From assembly GCA_964016885.1 (NCBI GenBank), contig OZ024741.1, positions 279,310,001 through 279,374,000 of the forward strand: 64,000 bases of DNA. The letters are read 5' to 3'. Source of the DNA: Eledone cirrhosa. Lineage: Eukaryota. This document shows, in pieces, positions 38,128 through 50,068 of the stretch; positions within the stretch are counted from its first letter, which is position 1; the number at the start of each line of letters is the position of its first letter. The notes under the pieces were generated by a model. The model worked only from the letters and a program-made list of their open reading frames with translations. It had not been told where the DNA came from and ran no database searches. The translations under genes and the position numbers were made by a program.

Positions 38128-38226
38128 ATGAAGTCTGCAGTGTCAAGAATGGCTGATGTAGAAGTTGGACAAGCGCTGAAGACGATATATCAACGGATGG
38201 AACAAGGGGTTTTACGACGTCCTCCG
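38128..38226 (+). CDS. PLPBP: PLPBP (PROSC/YggS family PLP homeostasis protein) exon 1
   Basis: MKSAVSRMADVEVGQALKTIYQRMEQGVLRRPP|gtaaga; 99 nt. Confidence 0.88.
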
Positions 38227-38269
38227 GTAAGATATTTTCAAGTTTAGCTTCGCCTGCTAAACCTGATCT

Positions 38270-38700
38270 TTAAATAGCCCCTCTGTTCTGGAGCCGGCTG
38301 GATTATCCAGAAGTGATGAAAAAAGATCAGATGGTCTTACCCTTTGTCCCTGGGTAAGAAGTAGATGTCTTATCTTGGACACCATAATCAGTGCCTCTTT
38401 TGCTCCCTACCGCATCATGATGCCGCAGTAAATGTAAGAGTCACTGCTTCCGTAGCCGAACTGAATAAAATCCTAAAATACCAGGAATTATCATCTAGCT
38501 ATTTTTTCTAGCCTGTGGTGTTCGAGACGTTAGGGGGAGCTGGGCCGCTGACAGCGAAGTTCTTGTCGTTAGCGGCTCGCCTTAGTGAGATATCATGTGA
38601 TACCTGTGAGAGTGCTTGGTTGTTTCATCACCTTAGCCTCGCCATCACCCGCTGTAATGCTGCGAGCGTATTAGCTTGTCTCAAAAATTTCCGATGACCC
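38270..38700 (+). mobile_element. CRE-clade non-LTR retrotransposon 3' fragment (restriction-like endonuclease)
   Basis: LEPAGLSRSDEKRSDGLTLCPW and VFETLG..G..T..FL...LSLAITRCNAASVL match the recalled CRE RLE C-terminus; short related piece at 40097-40148. Confidence 0.7.
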
Positions 38701-40167
38701 TTGTGCGATAGTGCACTACATGTTGATTTTTTTTCTCTCGCTTTAATTATATATTTTTGTTTATAAGTAGTAATTAATTGTACAGATGGATTTATATATT
38801 AAACTATGAGAAGAAGAAAAAACGCGTTTTATTCGATATTCAATAAAAACTACAAAAACATAGTCAGTTTAGCTTACATAAAAACAAGACAAACATTGTC
38901 TTGGATGAAATACTTTGGAATAATACACAGTTTGTAACTGATAAAGCAAAGACTAATAAATAAAGAAAACAATTTGTATTTCATCGTTTTTTAAAGATTC
39001 AAACATACACAGGTATTTTATTAGTTGACATTGAATTTGACTTCTTTGTCGTTCGTGATGTGTGAGAACTAGTTTAGATATTTTCCCATTAATCTAAACG
39101 AAGATTTGATAAAAACCATGCTTATGTAACTGATATACATATATAGAGAGTGGGGAAGGTAAAAATGAGGCCACGACACCTAGCAATTTAGGCTTGTATT
39201 AGGGGCTCGGCACTGCAGACTTTATATATATATATGTGTGTGTGTAGTAACAGTAGTATTGATTACATAAATTGTGTTGACAATGTGATATTAATAAAGA
39301 TTATTTTCAATTTTTGTGAGATCTTCTGGTGTAACTCATTTAACGAGGGGCATCCGAACTTTATGTGTAGCTTAGGGCTCTAAGATACATAAGGTGTGGG
39401 GGTCCTTCGTTTAAAGAATTACATGAGAAGGCCTATCAACATTTGTAAAAAATCTATATAAAACTAACATATATAATTCGTTTAACGTGTCCTGCGGAAC
39501 GATTATCATTTATAAAATATGTTTACAGTAAATTTTCAGTATTTAACCTACATTAAATTCTCAAATGGATCTGTTACGGTGTTATTCAGTTGTTATTGTT
39601 ATGCTTTATGCTAACATTGCACGCTTACATGTGGTTTATGTGGCTACTTGTTCAATGAAAGTCTCGATCAAGTATGTCACAGGGGCACCTTCATAACACA
39701 TACACTTTAAGCCTGGCGGAGACCTTCCCCTCTTCATGTCTGTACACAGCCGATATCTTCTAAAGAAAAAGAGGGGGCTGGGGAAGTAAGAAAGAATCGA
39801 CTTCAGTAAAACGCAGGTATTTTTTTTTTTTTTTCTTGAAAAGCAAGGTTGACGTTCACGGGATTTACACTCCGAATGAGTTGGAACGAGTACCGCAAAG
39901 TATTCTATCTGACGTTCTAATAACCATACCAATTCGCCGCCTCTGAATAAAGAATCTACGAGAAAAAAAGGGATTGCGTGAGCACTGACAGCGACTACAT
40001 AAAATGTGTACGTCAGGACAACGATGACAAAGACTTAGCGTTGATGTTTTGCTACCACAACACCAATTCCCTATCATGTCAATAAAATATCAGACACGAC
40101 AGTGCTTGGTTATTGCATCATCTTAGCCTCGCTATCACCTTCGGTAATAACTGTATATATATATATA

Positions 40168-41780
40168 CTAGCAAATGACCCCCGTCCATTGGACGGTGTC
40201 AGTTCTTGGTAGGGCTGCAATGTTAATGGTCAATTTCCGTGTTGTATGTTTAACTTGGAGGATAATTTTACCTGATCAACTCTTTCAATAAAAAAAAATG
40301 AGACGGTATTCAAAAAGAGCAAGTTTTATTTACAGATGTGTGTCATTAAAATGTGAACATAGAGAAATGTATCGTTTGCCGTGTCGGTTGAACAATGTGT
40401 ATTTTAAAACATCCATCATGTACACACACACACAAACATACGCACACAATCCCAAGACGTGACTTTGTGGAAGGGGGAGAGTTAAGAAGTGTAATAAATA
40501 AGTTAAAATTATAAACGCTGTATTTATCATATTCGCGTGACACACACTCCTCTCTTTCTTTATTTTACTCTCTCTCTCTCTCTCTCCTCTCTTTCTATCT
40601 CTCTCTCTGGCCGTTATGGAAATTACACACACATGCACGCACACATACACACACAAACACATACATATACACACGCACATACACATACAATCCCATAACG
40701 TCGTGTTGTGGAAGGGGGAGAGTTAAGAAGTGTGTAAAAGGAACGCTCTCTCTCTTTATGGCCGTCATGGAATTTGTTAGTGCAAAAGTCTATATGATTA
40801 TAAAATCGAAGTTTGTGACTTCGAAATTAATCATTATGAAATAATTTTTTCTTGATGTTACAAACGGTAGCCTATTTTGGCTATGTGTTTAATTTGACAG
40901 AGATCGATGGAATATTTTCCAAGTGAAACTCTTTTACACACACACACAGAACGGGAATTATATATAAGACTAACAAATAACCCCCGTCCATTGGACGGTG
41001 TCAGTTCTTGGTAGGGCTGCAATGTTAATGGTCAATTTCCGTGTTGTATGTTTAACTTGGAGGATAAATTTACCTGATCAACTCTTTCAATAAAAAAAAA
41101 ATGAGACGGTATTCAAAAAGAGCAAGTTTTATTTACAGGTATGTGTCATTAAAATGTGAACATAGAGAAATGTATCGTTAGCCATGTCGGTTGAACAATG
41201 TGTATTTTAAAACATCCATCATGTACACACACACACAAACACATACACACACAAACATACATACACACACATACACACAAACACACACATACGCACACAA
41301 TCCCAAGACGTGACGTTGTGGAAGGGGGAGAGTTAAAAAGTAATAAATAAGTTAAAATTATAAACGCTGTATTTATATTCGCGTCACACACACTCCTCTC
41401 TTTCTTTATTTTACTCTCACTCCTCTCTTTCTATCTCCCTCTCACACATCCTTCTCTCTCTGGCCGTTATGGAAATTACACACACACACACACATGCACG
41501 CACAACATACACATACAATCCCATAACGTCGTGTTGTGGAAGGGGGAGAGTTAAGAAGTGTGTAAAAGGAACGCTCTCTCTCTTTATGGCCGTCATGGAA
41601 TTTGTTAATGCAAAAGTCTATAAGATTATAAAATCGAAGTTTGTGACTTCGAAATTAATCATTATGAAATAATTTTTTCTTGATGTTACAAACCGTAGCC
41701 TATTTTGGCTATGTGTTTAATTTGACAGAGATTGATGGAATATTTTCCAAGTGAAACTCTTTTACACACACACACAGAAC
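40168..41780 (-). mobile_element. Tandem pair of non-autonomous Helitrons (40168-40969 and 40970-41780)
   Basis: About 800-bp direct repeat; minus-strand 5' TCTTATATAT at 40969; hairpin CCGTCCA-a-TGGACGG; CTAG|T end at 40168. Confidence 0.82.
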
Positions 41781-42622
41781 AGCAAGTGGGCAATGCGGTC
41801 AGTGAAACTTCCACTCTTGAGATTTATAGAGGATTAATGGTGGGCAAGTCTGACGATGCACAGAGAGGCTATGGGCAATGACAAAGTCGAACTGATCAGT
41901 CTGTTTCGGAGGACTTTCAAGTCAGGGACTATTGATAACTTCCAGAAACCCCTTGCTTGGCAGTGTTACCAGGGAGCACTGCCAGTTCGAGATAAACTCT
42001 ACAGGCACAGAAGTGTTGTCAGACAGACCTGCCCAAGATGCATGCAGAATGACAAACTCGTTCTGCATGCACTTATCCAGTGTCCATGCATTGCTGACTT
42101 GTGGAGTTGACTGAGAAGAGCAGGCAGTTTTTCTCTATCTGGTGTCTGTAGCAAAAGAGGTTGTATGGTGGATCAGGTTGAAAAGACTGAAGACAGATAC
42201 TTTTCTCTTCGGCCAATACCTCATCAACTTTTTTAAGTTTCACTTGGAAAGGAAGGTGAAGGTGGGGAGAGAAGTGCTGTACCTCAGTACATTTGTTAAA
42301 AGGTGGATGAATGTGGTGAGAATGCCCATTGAGAATGGGCCTACTCTGAGCATGCACCTGTTGGCTGGTTAATTTGAGGGGAGAGGGGTGCCCTCGAAGC
42401 GTCTGATGGTAAGAATTGGTGGAGTGCTTGTGTCACCCCTGGGTGGTTCACCCCCACTCCTCTATTAGGGAATTTATTTTGTTATATTTTTTCGTTAATT
42501 TGTTTTTTACTCAATTTTATTGTAAAAAAACCCACTGTCCCTGTCTTTGTTTTGGCCCCTATATGTTGGCCCTTGTGGCCAATAAATGAAACAATTATTA
42601 TTATTATTATTATTATTATTAT
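41781..42622 (+). mobile_element. Tx1/L1-clade LINE 3' fragment with (ATT)n tail
   Basis: LAWQCYQGALPVRDKL...CPRC-x8-H-x4-C (zf-RVT type); T-rich 3' UTR, AATAAA, (ATT)n. Confidence 0.8.
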
Positions 42623-42626
42623 AATA

Positions 42627-42831
42627 GGCGATGGATTGGCAGTATCGGTAGAGGGTCGGACGCCATGCTTTCCAGCATAGTTACGTCCCTTTACGATCTG
42701 AGTTCAAATCCCGCCGAGGTTGACTTTGCTTTTCATCCTTACGGGGTCGATAAAATAAAGTACTAGTAATGCACTGGGTAATTGCTGGCCTTGTGCCTAA
42801 AGTAGAAACAATTATTATTATTATTATTATT
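42627..42831 (+). mobile_element. tRNA-derived SINE (family B), near-consensus copy
   Basis: A and B boxes; ends GGCCTTGTGCCTAAAGTAGAAACA(ATT)n. Confidence 0.9.
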
Positions 42832-43035
42832 GTTCTTTGTGTCTCAGTCATTGATGTTATTTAACTGGAAAGTTTGTTGAAATGAATATCAAGCCACTAC
42901 CTGCAGCCTCAGATATTCAGGACGTATCGGAGGGTTCTTGCTGTTCCCAGCAAGCATACCTTTTGAAGTGTTCCAAAAAGCGGGGCTGGGCTAACTTTCT
43001 TTAACCATCCTTGGAAACTCTTTGAGATAGTACCT
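42832..43035 (-). mobile_element. R4/Dong-type retrotransposon 3' end (short copy)
   Basis: Near-identical to 43450-43651. Confidence 0.8.
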
Positions 43036-43056
43036 AATTATTATTATTATTATTAT

Positions 43057-43449
43057 TACTTTTTCAAATTTCATTTGAAAAGGAAAATCAGGGTAGAGAG
43101 GGAAGTGCTCTCTTCCCAGCATTTTGTTGAAAGATGGGTGAGAGAGGCTAGAATGGCCCAAGTGAATGGACCTACTCTGAGTATGTGTCTGTAAATTAAA
43201 GGTGGAAAACTGGGAGAGGGCACTTGCCCTGGTGGTCAGGGTCACTGGTTTTTTTATGGGCTTTCTCCACGAATGTCCCTCGGAAGTCTCCCCCGTATTG
43301 GGGAATTTTTCATTGTTATTTTTTTGTTACATCCTCTGTTTTTGTTTTTTACACACAGAAATGCCCATTTGTACCGTCCTGTATTGTCCTGTACTGTCCT
43401 TAATGTCTATTTTATGTAAACCCTTGTGGTTAATAAAGAAAGTATTATT
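43057..43449 (+). mobile_element. Tx1/L1-clade LINE 3' end (second copy)
   Basis: FFKFHLKRKIRVEREVL..FVERW, homologous to 42228-42600. Confidence 0.75.
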
Positions 43450-44431
43450 GTTCTTTGAGTCTCAGTCATTGATGTTGGTTAACTGGAAAGTTTGTTGAAA
43501 TGAATATCAAGCCATTACCTGCAGCCTCAGATATTCAGGACGTATCGGAGGGTTCTTGCTGTTCCCAGCAAGCATGCCTTTTGAAGTGTTCCAAAAAGCG
43601 GGGCGGGGCCAATTTTCTTTAACCATCCTTGGAAACTCTTTGAGATAGTACTTAGTGCGCCTATGACAATCGGGACCACTTTGACTTCATAGCAGTTCCA
43701 AATCCTTTTTACCTCCCACTTTAAGTCCTGATATCGGTTAATTTTCTCCCTCTCCATCTTAGATTCGGTCTTTCATTACCAGAACTGTGGTACCTTTTGT
43801 CAACCACTCTGGTACCTCACCTGACATCAAGCAGTCATTGAACATGGTTGTCAGTTTCGGGTGGAGGGATGTTATATTTTTAATCCAATACACCATCTGG
43901 GCCTGGTGATTTCCAGTTGGTTAGTTTTTTGGCCTGCCCCTTAAGAGTTTCAACTGTGATACTCAAATCAGTTTGTTGGTGTGCCTGTTCACTAATCTCC
44001 TTTTGTACTGTCTCAATCCACACTGCCTGGTCATTATGTTTAACATCCTGCTCCCATATTCCTCTCCAGAATGTCTTAGTTTGTTCCGCCTCAGGGATCA
44101 AGTTGTTGCCTCTTTCTTTCCCTTCAAGCTGTCCAAACAACATCTGGTTGTTGTCAAACATGCGGTTCTGTCTATACTGACTGACTCTGCTCTCATATCG
44201 CCTAATTTTTGCACTCTTTGCTACAATGCGTTGCTTCAGTTCCTCTATGATAATATTTAGCTTTTTCCTCCTAGTTTTGTACTTTATTTCCAGTCTATTT
44301 TTAGTGTCCCATTCAGTAGGGACTCAAGCTTTCCAATGTCATTTCTTATTTCCCTGATTTGACCATTCAGTCGTTTCTTCCACCAAGGTTCTGATCTTTC
44401 TTGTTTGTTGTTTCCTCTCGCTTTTATGCCA
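43450..44431 (-). mobile_element. R4/Dong-clade non-LTR retrotransposon, internally deleted
   Basis: FWRGIW..H...W, NWKSPGPDG, EKINRYQDLKWEV..IW..VKVVPIVIGAL, LQKACLLGTA; flanked by (TAA)n. Confidence 0.82.
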
Positions 44432-44438
44432 GTATTAA

Positions 44439-44475
<37 letters not shown>

Positions 44476-44519
44476 GATCTCTGTATTTGAAAATATTTCA
44501 TTTTTTTTTTATTTTATAG

Positions 44520-44627
44520 AATCTATCTAAAATACCTCCACGCCTTGTAGCAGTTAGTAAAACTAAACCCGTTGAAATGATCATCAGTGCTTATGACCAT
44601 GGACAGCTGCACTTTGGTGAAAATTAT
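44520..44627 (+). CDS. PLPBP: PLPBP exon 2 (PLP-binding Lys motif)
   Basis: ttttatag|AAT; [11 protein letters not shown]...[10 protein letters not shown]|gtatgt; 108 nt. Confidence 0.97.
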
Positions 44628-46331
44628 GTATGTTATTGTTGATTTATTTCAGTTTATTGAGAGTCTGGGACTTCAGGTTTATTTAACAGGAAAGAAGCCT
44701 TTTCTTCAATATACTGAGAATATAGTTCATTCTATCCATTAAGTCATACTTATTACACCTCACTCTGTAAGGTGGTTGGTAATAGGAATGGCATCCAACC
44801 TTAGAAAACTCTTTAGCTATACTAAAGACATGACAACTTCCCTAGCCTTAGTGCCAAGATAAGATGCACTTAGTAGAGAATTGAAGTCAGAGGCTCTGCT
44901 TGATCACTGACTGGTCTATGTTGACATGTCCAACCCTTGCTGCCAGGAAAAACGGACATTAATCTTTTGGACGCTATAGGTGCATTATGTCTCCAATAGA
45001 GTAATCTCCCCTTAATACATAATGAAGAGTCAAGGGAAGCAATTCATAAAAATTGTTAGTATGCTAAAGGTTAAATGATGACATTGACTTATCATAAGAT
45101 ATTGTCTATTTAGGAGCTAAGGGTTATGGTTAAAGCCAGCAAGTGACAGAAGTCATAGAGTATCTGACTATATGTCTTACAATGTTTAAATATTGTCCAT
45201 TTTATAGTCTGCCTTTCATTTTCCCCAGAGTAAGTAAAATATATTTTAATATAATCAAATCTTGGTTACTTTAACATCAGTTATCTGAATTTCAGATTCC
45301 ATGATCAAGATCTCTGGGTCTCTTTAATATTTACTTATATACAAGTTGAGAAATATGGGACAAAAAATTGATAGAGAAAAAGTGGGAGGCTTATATTTGA
45401 GGTAAATATTATACCGAATTTCACCAACTTCAAAATTCTACGTAAATGAGGTACTAAAATATTTTCTCTTTGGAGGTGAATATTACACTGGTTTCACTTT
45501 TGACATGAAATTCGTATTTCCTATTGTTTTTGATGTTTTGAATGAATTTAGCCTTCAAAACAATCAGAAATTTGTAAAAAAAATTATTACGTAATGGTGT
45601 TGTGAAGCAAACTATACTCTAAATGACACTTAAAACTTTTAGATATATATGTATTAAAACTTCATAAATATATTCTCCACTCATGAGAATTTCAAAACCT
45701 CACCATCTAAACATAATGTGTTGATTACCTGCATGGCTTATACACAGGGTTTAGATTTTTGCCTATTTCTCAAGCATAAAATAGGAAGTTGGCTTATACT
45801 CGTATCAGCTTATATTCGAGTATATGCAGTAATTATCCATACTATTTAAAAGACACAAAAACTGAGAATAATACTGGTGCTATCATTTCACTTTTTGTTT
45901 ATGATGATTAAAAGTAAATTTGGATTACTGAAAAATACATTAAAATGTTTCACCTGAGAGGTGTTACTGATACTGGTGTGATGGTCATATCTTTTGTTTA
46001 TAGTTATCAAAAGTGTCACATGTGGATCAATCTGCTCCATTGGTCAGTTACTTTAAACAGTGTCAAGATAAACAAAGCAACTGACTTAAAAAGCTTAGGG
46101 AAAATTTGAATTATAAAATCTGTGCATCCCAACACAAATGACTATAATAATAGTCAATCACAATAAATTAAAGTTAAGAAAATGAGGAAAAACTTAACAG
46201 AAGTTCCTGTGAGAAATCTGAATTTTTTTATGAAGTTTTCAAGTATTAATGCATCTTTATTCTACAAATGATGTATACACCAAATAATTCTTCTATACTT
46301 CTATCATAATAATTTATATTCTTACACACAG

Positions 46332-46367
46332 ATTCAAGAAATTGAAGCAAAAGGAAATCATCCAGAT
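46332..46367 (+). CDS. PLPBP: PLPBP exon 3 (36-nt small exon)
   Basis: acag|ATT CAA GAA (IQEIEAKGNHPD)|gtgagt; completes FGENY-xQE. Confidence 0.92.
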
Positions 46368-46389
46368 GTGAGTAAACAGTTAAATTTTA

Positions 46390-47030
46390 AAACTGTGAAT
46401 TGTTGACATTTAAACTGTAAATTGTTAACACAGTTAACTTTAACTTGTTGACACAGTTAACTGTAAATTGTTGACACAGTGAACTGTAAATTGTTCACAC
46501 AGTTAACTGTAAATTGTTGACACAGTTAGCTGTTTTAGTTGTAAATTGTTGAGAAAACTGTTTAACCCTTTAGCATTTACATTAGTCTATATTTACTATT
46601 GTATTTTCACAGTAAAAGCTTTCCCTCACATAATTATCTCACATAATATCGAATCTATGAGATTTTGATATTTATTTTGAGAACATTGCCTTAACATAAG
46701 TATGAGCAGCCAGTTTGAACAGAAAGATGTGAGAGAATTCTGGCCAGATATGACCAGTTTAAATGCTAAAGGGTTAAACTGTAAATTGCTGACACAAAAC
46801 TGTTTAAACTGTAAATTGCTGACACAGATAAATGTTTTAACTGTAAATTATTGACAAAACTGTTTAAACTGTAAATTGCTGACACAGATAAATGTTTTAA
46901 CTGTAAATTATTGACAAAACTGTTTAAACTGCAAATTGCTGACAAAACTGTTTAAACTGTAAATTGCTGACATAGATAACTATTTTAACTGTAAATTGCT
47001 GACAAAACTGTTTAAACTGTAAATTGTTGA
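46390..47030. repeat. About 23-27-bp minisatellite TTAACTGTAAATTG(T/C)TGACA, interrupted by a MITE
   Basis: Directly visible on both sides of 46566-46773. Confidence 0.9.
46566..46773 (+). mobile_element. piggyBac-like MITE
   Basis: TTAA|CCCTTTAGCATTTA...TAAATGCTAAAGGG|TTAA. Confidence 0.85.
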
Positions 47031-47621
47031 AATGGTAAACCAGGTGATAGTAGCTATGGCATCTTGTGGTCAAAAGAATTCCAGCTGTGTCTATACAATT
47101 TTATCCATGTTATTTTTTAAGAAGATTGGCTGCGATGCAAGTGAGATTTCCCTAAGGATGCCATTTTGTGGCAGTAAGCTGAGATAGGTGCTTTGTGTAG
47201 TTGTCAGAATTATTAACCAGATCTCTCGGGAAATTTAACTTTTGATAAACTGACATCCTAACCAAGTGGGAAGATGGGAGATTTCTCTTAAGAGCTCTCT
47301 CCAACCTTCACATATATTTCCTAAGGAGGGGAAGACAGGAAGGAACACTTTAGGTGCCATCTTTCTGATTAAACCAATTTTGAGAAATTAAGCTACATTT
47401 GGGTGACAGTTGCTTCCACTAGGACCCTGTGAAAGATGTGTCTGTGGATTCATCCCCCACAAATTCCTCCTCATCCTACCCTTCCAGGAGGAGGGTGAGA
47501 AGAAGAATTTATTCACATTTTCATACAAACAATTTTTTTAGAAAAGTCTTTATTGTGGTAGATAAATTAATTAAAAATTATCTTATAATTTTTATTTTTA
47601 TTTTTTGTCTTTCATTTTCAG

Positions 47622-47697
47622 ATTCTAGCCCAATGTAAAAATATCAAGTGGCATTTTATTGGCAACCTGCAACGTAACAAAGTCAACAAATTACTTA
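47622..47697 (+). CDS. PLPBP: PLPBP exon 4
   Basis: ttttcag|ATT; IKWHFIGNLQRNKVNKLL|gtaagt; 76 nt. Confidence 0.97.
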
Positions 47698-47711
47698 GTA
47701 AGTTTGTAAGT

Positions 47712-48425
47712 CATGATGGATGTTGTGAAGAGATGGAATGAGATGGTTTGGTCATGTGTTGAGGAAGGATGAATGTGACTGAGTGACATAATAGAGCCTG
47801 TGGTGGATGTTGTGAATAGATGGAATGAGATGGTTCAGTTGTGTTGAAGAAGGATGAATATGATAGGGTGGAAGGAATAGAGACAGTGATGATTGTTGTA
47901 AATAGAGATGGAATGAGATGGTTGGGTCATGTGTTGAGGAAGGTTTAAAGTGTCTCAATGAGATGAATAGAACCAGTGATGAATGTTGTGAAGAGAAATG
48001 GAATGAGATAGCTGGGTCATGTGATGAGGAAGGAGGGATGAATAGAGCCAGTGATGGATGTTGTGAAAAGAAAGGGAATGAGATGCTTTAGTTGTGTGCT
48101 GGGGATGGGTGAATGTGACTGAGTGAGAGGAATAGAGTGAGTGATGAATGTTGTAAATAGAAATGGAATGAGATGGTTTGGTCATGTGTTGAGGAAAGAT
48201 GAAAATAACTGGTAAGAAGAGTGATGTAAATGAATATGGAGGGAAGTAAATGAAGAGGAAAACCAATAATAACATAGCTAGAGATGATAGAGGAAGAAAT
48301 GGAAGCTATGGGGTTGTTGAGGAGAAATACTAACACTAGAGAAAAACAGAGAAGCTTGTCAGAGAGCCCACAAGGCTAACCCCTGCTTTAACAGAAGATA
48401 AACTTAAAACACTTCTTGTTGTTGT
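47712..48425 (+). mobile_element. RTE 3' fragment with tandemly amplified RWFGHV-coding unit
   Basis: About six degenerate 75-90-bp units containing GGAATGAGATGGTTTGGTCATGTGTTGAGGAAG, then RGKP-like sequence and a short (GTT)n tail. Confidence 0.65.
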
Positions 48426-48615
48426 ATGTAAGCAGTTTATGACTGCACATGTGCATCACCATCTGTAAGCATTTATTACTGCACAAGAGCATCACAATAT
48501 ATGTAACCTGTTTATTACTGCACAAGAGCATCACACTGTAAGCATTTTTTTACTGCACAAGTGCATCACACTGTATGTAAGCAGTTTATTACTGCACAAG
48601 TGCATCACACTGTGT
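48425..48615. repeat. About 36-40-bp minisatellite
   Basis: TGTAAGCAGTTTATTACTGCACAAGTGCATCACAC x5. Confidence 0.88.
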
Positions 48616-48736
48616 TCTTATAATTTGACAATTAAAACTGTTCAATCAGAGCTGACTTGGCATTAAAACAACAACCAAATATATGAAGTGTGTGTGTCCC
48701 AACACAAATGACCATAATAATAGTTGATCACTTTAA

Positions 48737-48933
48737 CCCTTTAGCATTTAAACTAGCTTTATCTGGCCAGAATTCTCTCACCTCTTTCTGTTCAAACCGG
48801 CCACAACTAGCCACTGATACTGATGTTAAGGTATTGCTCTCACAATAAATAATATCAAAATCTCATAGATTCAATATTATGCCTTTACTGTGAAAATACA
48901 ATAGTATATATATATAATGTAAATGCTAAAGGG
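48737..48933 (-). mobile_element. piggyBac-like MITE, inverted copy of 46566-46773
   Basis: Same TIRs and TTAA flanks; interior is the reverse complement. Confidence 0.85.
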
Positions 48934-50068
48934 TTAAAAAACATTAGTGATCAACTATTATTATGATTATTTGCGTTGGGATGCATACATTTCAAATTCC
49001 AAATTTTCCTAATAGTTAAGTCAATCATCATCATCATCATTTAACATCTATCTTCCACGCTAGCATGGGTTAGACAATCAGTTGTTTAAACCAAATATTG
49101 GTTTCTGATTTAGGTACAAGGCTAACAATTTTGGGGGAGGGCAATGTCGATTAAATCCTCCCCCAGTGCATCACAGGTACTTTATTTTATCAACCTCGTA
49201 AGGAGGAAAGACAAAGCTAACCTCAACAGGATTTGAACTCAGATTGTAAAGTGGCATAACCTAATGCCATAAAGCATATCCAATGCTCTGCTGATACTGC
49301 CAATTGATTTCTAATTTATACACAATGCCAGTAAATTTGGGAGGATGGGCAAAGTTGAATCAATCAACACCAGTACATGACAGGTACTTTGTTTTATCAG
49401 CTCTGAAAGGATAAAAGGTAAAGACTTTGGTGGGATCTAAACTCAGATCATAAAGAGTTAAAGGTGGCAAATTGACAGAGTCATTAGAATGCTTTGTGAT
49501 ATTCATTTCTGCTCTGAGTTCAAATCCTGCCGAGGTCAACTTTGCCTTTCACCCATTCAAACTCGATAAAAAAAAGTAACAATCTAGTACTGGGGTTGAT
49601 TCTTCCTCTATATCTCTTCTCACTTCCTCTCTATCACCTTTACCCTTCTCTGAAAAAATATCTGTTGTATTCAGACTTGGAGAGGAATGGGCTCTGACAC
49701 GCTTAAAAATGCCCAAGAAACGCTGTATACAGCACCCCTATGACTCCATCAGGAGTTATGAGACCATACCATACTAAAAAGAGCCAGAACAAATACCTCA
49801 GTGTTATTTTATTTGACAATCCAGCAATATAATATTTAAAATCACTGATTTCCTGTTCATTTTTTTTTTTTAAATACAGATAAAATATACGAGATATATG
49901 AATATAAAGGATGCAAAGGAAAGTTGACCTTGGTAGGATTTAAACGCAGAATCTAAAGAGCCAGAACAAATACTGCAATAGCATTTTATCCAACAGTCTA
50001 CCATTCGTGCCAATCAACCATTTATTAAAACCAAATATTACTTGTTCTTTTTTGTTTTGTTTTTTCAG

